64,000 bases of DNA, taken from positions 15,314,001 through 15,378,000 of the forward strand of contig JBHGNT010000015.1 of assembly GCA_043228905.1 (NCBI GenBank), in the 5' to 3' direction. This document shows positions 58,701 to 64,000 of the stretch, piece by piece (positions within the stretch are counted from its first letter, which is position 1; each line of letters starts with the position of its first letter). The notes under the pieces are model-generated. The model worked only from the letters and a program-made list of their open reading frames with translations. It did not search any database and was not told where the DNA came from. The stretch is from Azolla caroliniana. Its lineage: Eukaryota > Plantae > Polypodiophyta. Made by a program: the position numbers and the translations under genes.

Positions 58701-60195
58701 GCCACTAGTGTTACCCATATGCAGAGGCGGCTGCACCAGATGATGTTTGCAGATAGAGACTATGAAGGTGTTGAGGTAGATGACCTTATGTGGGATATTG
58801 ATGGCAAGATCACTGTGGAGGATTGTAATGAGAAGGGATATTCAGTCGTAAATGTGGAATGTAGGAATCGACCCAAGTTGCTATTTGATACTCTGTGTAC
58901 GCTCACTGATATGGAGTATGTCATATTCCATGCAACTATTGATACCGATGGGCAAAGAGCTTTCCAAGTATGTTATTTATGTCCATGAATGCCATTTTTT
59001 CATCATTATCATCATCATCCTGGTATATAGGAAAATTATGCAAGAGCGTTACCTTTTTTCATCTGTCTCATACTTAATCTAAGGAGGGAAACATATGAGG
59101 AGTTTCTTTGATTTGGGTTCACATTTGATGTAAATTTTCTTCTTTGTACATGTGTATACACATCTGTAATGTTTTTATTCCTGAATAAGGGCTAGATTGT
59201 TGATGTGTTTCTTTGTAACTGGACTAAAATCTTGCAGGAGTATTATATCCGGCATCTTGACGGACGAACGCTCGAGTCGGAAGCAGAGCGGCAGAGGGTT
59301 ATCCAATGCCTCAGAGCTGCAATCAAGCGGCGAGTGACTGAAGTAATACTTTCTCCCGTCACAGAACTGATTTTGCTAATTGAATAGTTCTTATCTATAA
59401 TGCAACTGTATGATTTTCATTGCTGTAAGTGTGATGTTCAGCTGGAATGAAGTTCATATCAGAAGGGACATAGATTTCTATGTGAAGTTTAAGCCTATTT
59501 TTGATTTGGGCTTATGGGAGTGAAAGAGGTTAAAGGCTGTAGATTTCCTTCATCATGAATAAGCTTGGTTCCAACTGTATAGTTTCTTCTATGTTGTTAT
59601 GGCATTAGCCTTACTAAAGTCCATTGGTGACAAGAGTTTCATGCCTAAACACTATCGATCTAATAAATGGTCTTCATCCAGAATAATATGTAAATCGATT
59701 GTTGGCTGTTTAATAAATGTACCAACCAACTTTGAGAAACTGAGATATCTGTTTTGTTGAGCTATTCTTTTTCCCTCTTGTGTTACTAAATCTTGAGCTT
59801 ATTTTTTTGCTTGTCAGGGCTTGAGACTTGAGTTGTGCACTAACGACAGGGTGGGGCTTCTATCGGATGTGACGAGGATCTTCCGGGAGCATGGTCTGTC
59901 GGTGTCGCGGGCGGATGTGAACACGAGGGGAAGCAAAGCGATGAACGTGTTCTACGTGACTGATGCCGCGGGGAATGATGCCGATCTCAAAGTTATCGAT
60001 GCGGTTAGGAGAGAGATTGGGCAGGCCGTCTTGTTCGTGAAGGAATCGTCTACATATTCTGGCCGCAAGTCTTCTTCTTCTTCTTCTTCGTCATCCCCAA
60101 TCCAAGGCATTCGGTCGAGGTTCTCCATTGGCAACTTCTTTGGAAGGCCCTCCCAAGTTCTCTACAGTCTAGGGCTCAATAGATCCTTCTCATAG
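55746..60195 (+). CDS. ACR: ACT domain repeat (ACR) protein, ~458 aa; exons 55746-55812, 56488-56533, 56980-57094, 57760-57827, 58371-58967, 59238-59342, 59818-60195
   Basis: [13 protein letters not shown]|[15 protein letters not shown]|[15 protein letters not shown]...SDGGWFMD|VFHVTD..|[13 protein letters not shown]...RRLHQMM...[17 protein letters not shown]|EYYIRH|[21 protein letters not shown]: four ACT domains. Exon 1/2 phases are off by 1 nt. Confidence 0.92.
56590..56850. repeat. 81-bp tandem repeat, ~3 units, in ACR intron 2
   Basis: gccatggcaatcaccactc...aaagccttcatcttcaccattatcatatgccttaatc repeated. Confidence 0.9.
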
Positions 60196-60310
60196 TAACT
60201 TCTCAATAGATCCTTCTCATAGTAGCTTACAGCATATATATGCATTTGCTCACATTACTAGTATATATATATATACCTGCCTTTTACTACGTCTATCCAT
60301 AGGATCTATA

Positions 60311-60346
<36 letters not shown>

Positions 60347-62847
60347 AATAGATGTCTCTTAGGTTTTGGTGAGTTGTCATAGGATTTTTGGCTAATTCCC
60401 TCCTCTTTGGTTTCTTCATCTTCTTATTCCTCCCTTTTTACTTCAATCTAACCTTTTAGCAAAACGAATGCAAGATACCATGATGTGTGTAAATAACTAC
60501 TACCTAAACCACCTCTATTTATTCTCAACTCCTCAATTCATGCCAAAAATATGATGGGGAATGAATTACTGATACTAACCGCGCCTTTTCTCCTTCTTAA
60601 TGAAGGGAAATGAATGAGATGGGATGTATACAAATATGAAGAAAAGATTTTCTTGCCTTTGTTTTTGGGTCTTTGTTTAACCATTGATTCTATTTGGCCA
60701 CATTCTTTAGTGTAGGATCTTTTGAATGGGATGGGGATTATGAAGTGGTGTGGGTCTTTGTTTAATCATTGTTACATTTGCCCACATTCTTTAGTAGGAT
60801 CTTTTGAATGGGATGGGGATTACGAAGAAGAGTGTTGTTATATCGTCTACTCACACATGCTTATACACTTTCGCATTGTCAGAATCCATGAATTATTAAA
60901 GAATGGTGCTCTTCTTTTAAGCCCATGTGAGTTAACAAGAAACCTCTATATGTGGAAACTAAAATCTGAGTAGAACCCATAAATGGGCATGGAATTTGGT
61001 CCAACCATGGTAAGAAGTTAGTTAGCTTCTAGAACTAAAAAGTACTAATCATTTATTCTCATGGGGACATGTTGATCAATGCGTTTTTTGTCCTTTTTCT
61101 TATATGAAATCTCTCTCTCTCTCCTTGTTTCTTCTTGGCCTTCTCTTCTATGTATAGGAAGGGTCCAAATTGCAAAGAAAGAGTGGAGGATCAATCACAT
61201 TAAACAGCGGAGAATAAAGAGGCACAAGTTCCTAAGTGTGGAAGGCATTCTTAGATAGGGGTGTGAGTTTTAAATTGTCCACATATCTAAAAGAGAAGAG
61301 TTTGGTGGTCTTGTTGCTTGACTCATGTTTGCTTTTGGTTGTGTTAGTTACCAACTATCCCATCTCTTATTAATAATAAGCATTTTTTCACCACTTGACT
61401 TGCTCCGTGTGGGTGTATTGTCTCCTCAAAGAAATTGATCAAAACTTTTTGCTCCCCCTAATGTATATTGAGTTATTAGCTCTTTAGGAAGTTTTGTATA
61501 TTGTATGTCCTCAACGAATGCGGCATTATGATGTGGTATGTGTGAGGGGAAGAGAACAAGAAAAAGCCAAGTTTTAGAATCAGCCAAGGTTTTGGATGAA
61601 GAGGACATTACAAGAAAAAGAGAGAGATGAAGATCAAGATAACAAGAAGTGATAAGTTGAATGGTAAGAGTTAAAACACTTGAGCAATGGGCTGAAGGTT
61701 TCGAACATTCTAAAAGGGGGAAAGATGTCAATTTACTATGCACAAGCTTCAAAACTTGCACACACGGTTAATACAAACGATGTGAAGTAATGATGCATGA
61801 CTGAGTAGGACGTTTCTATTTGGAAGCTATTAAAGGATGGATTTTATTGCGAGGGATGGCTATTTTTGGGTTCAAATGCCAAGGTCTATCGGTGAATGGA
61901 TATTCGAATCACAAAGGTGTGTTAGAGGTCTAAGATGACCAATGCCACATGCAATTATACAAAGACTCATTAAACCTTTATGAATATCCTTCCATATTTT
62001 TATTTCCTTGACCTTTATCTCTCTCGCCCCACCCCATGTAGTGGGGTTGATCATGGTAAAATCTTGTCTATTAGAACGTATTGTATATTGTTGGAAGTAT
62101 TTTTTCTTTTATTTATTAAGATTTACACATTCGAATAAAGAATTGTAATTGCATCCTCATGATTCAAGACCAAACAAGGATTGTTAGGGGAAGTTTTGGC
62201 TCGAAAATCCGAGCATTGGGCGAAAATCTACACAAAACATTCGTCTTATTTTTGCGGGAGACACAATTAAGATATGTACATCCAGATGATTTGTACATTG
62301 TTTTCTAGTTATTTCCGCAAGGAATGGGACAAAAATATTCGGATAAAAAATCCAAGTCCTTGGGAAACTTATGAAGAAAAGAATTTAACGAATGACAAAA
62401 TTTGAAGTAGCAAAGTTGGATTCCGTGTAATTCAGTGCCCAACCAAATGAGCAACATCCGTGACTACGAGGATCAAAGAGATCTTCGGGTAAGACAATTA
62501 CTTCAACGCCATAAGCTTTCATTCTTGCCTTTTACCCTAAGAATAAAAGCCTTGGGGTATTGGTCTTCGCGTCTAAGGTCTTTACTCATTCGGGTATTTG
62601 TTTACCATTATGGTAAAAGGTCATGTGGAGATTCCCCCAAATAGCCCCACTCACCAACAAATTGTACACTCAAATTTCCGAAAGTTCCCATTTCCCCTCT
62701 CATAAATTATATATCCACACACATAACATTATAGGAAAATGTAGCCATTCCAATATACAAACGGATACACACATCCGAACAAACTCATATCGACACTCAC
62801 AAACCTTTGCACATAAAAATTGATCACGTATTCACACATTCTTACGC

Positions 62848-62849
<2 letters not shown>

Positions 62850-62885
<36 letters not shown>
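62850..62885. repeat. (CA)n microsatellite
   Basis: Read directly from the sequence. Confidence 0.95.
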
Positions 62886-62890
<5 letters not shown>

Positions 62891-64000
62891 TGTATTTACA
62901 CTTATCCACATAAACAAACCTACAAGAAGATAATAAATATCGACACTCACACATGCATCATATTACATGAACACTAATTTGCACTTTGACAATGGAATGC
63001 ACAGATTTGCCTATAATCACTCTACTTATAGACATACATACATACATGAAAAGTACAAAAGGTTAGTGCACATTCAAACCAATATCCTCAAAGGGTTGTC
63101 ATGTGCCTCTTACATTCTCAAAAAGGGGAAACTTCAAGTGCTCTCACACAATTCAAGTGGGATATCATCCTAGCAACTAGTCTACAACAAAAACACCATC
63201 TTCCTCAGTTTTTCTGCTCATCCGCACGTTAATTTCATGAAAAGCTATGTACAGAATTGTTAATATATATGTTGTGAGTAAGATCATCTTAAGCAGTTGC
63301 TTGATGATTTGAATAGCATTTTGTGGAAGTTTTTTGGATCAATCTTCATTATTTTTGGCTCTAAGAGAAAGAGACATGAATGATCTCTACATCACACAAA
63401 TTAATGCACATACATCACACAAGGGTAACAAGTAGTTTTGTATTTGGGAGATCGGGAGATACAAACTTGCCTAGAAACCTATGGATAAGTCTTGTTTCTC
63501 GAGGATACTAATTGTACTTGGGTAGTGAAACATGAGGAAAGGCGAAAAATGATTGAAACTACCCTCAATTGGGTGACAATATAGATGCATTGATATCATT
63601 TGTTGCACATTCAAGTACTCAACAAGAGCAAGCGAACATTTGAGAATAGAAGCGTATATTTGAGGTTTTGACATATTTCCTTTTATGCTAATGGGAAATA
63701 TCATTTAGACCAAACTTTTGCACAACTCTACAATTTTGCAGCATTAATATGATGCTAGATTTGTTGCATATGTATTGAAATCCATCTTATATTTTTGTAG
63801 GCTATTGAGTGTGCACTCTACTCACCATAGATGACATTCTCCAACTTCCACAAAATTTACTCATATGAGAGATTCAAAACTAAAGGTAGCAAATATTTCA
63901 TTCAAATAGTACCACATGTTTTATCTACACATACCATCGAACATAATGGGCAAGTGTTCTTTTGAAATTTTAATATGCAGGCAACATAATTTCGAAAGCA

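Noticed and set aside
60900-64000. Short ORFs downstream of ACR
   Set aside because: No recognisable homology or splice structure; treated as intergenic or very old repeat.

Overview
Eukaryotic land-plant DNA; the retroelement types suggest a non-seed plant such as a fern (inference). Bases 1 to ~43.7 kb are a deeply nested retrotransposon pile. It holds two young Ty1/copia elements with uninterrupted gag-pol ORFs (2639-7972 +, 20406-25752 -), a near-intact copia with one nonsense codon (2011-12686 -), older copia fragments, an L1-type LINE remnant, Tcn1-like chromovirus pieces, and a decayed fungal-type Ty3/gypsy element (32274-39117) with a tRNA-Trp PBS, a 4-bp TSD and a predicted -1 frameshift after the protease. 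It also holds two copies of a non-coding LTR element (500-13684, 32264-42129) with a tRNA-Arg-type PBS-like motif 5 nt inside EACH LTR on opposite strands and no LTR-adjacent PPT; this is the most unusual thing in the window. The right third has two host genes: 60S ribosomal protein L7a/eL8 (7 coding exons, 44725-46879) and an ACT-domain-repeat (ACR) gene (7 exons, 55746-60195, with a 1-nt phase conflict at exon 1/2). Between them lie decayed TE sequence and a 100-N gap. Alignments and counts were done by eye, and tRNA matches are from recalled plant tRNA sequences.
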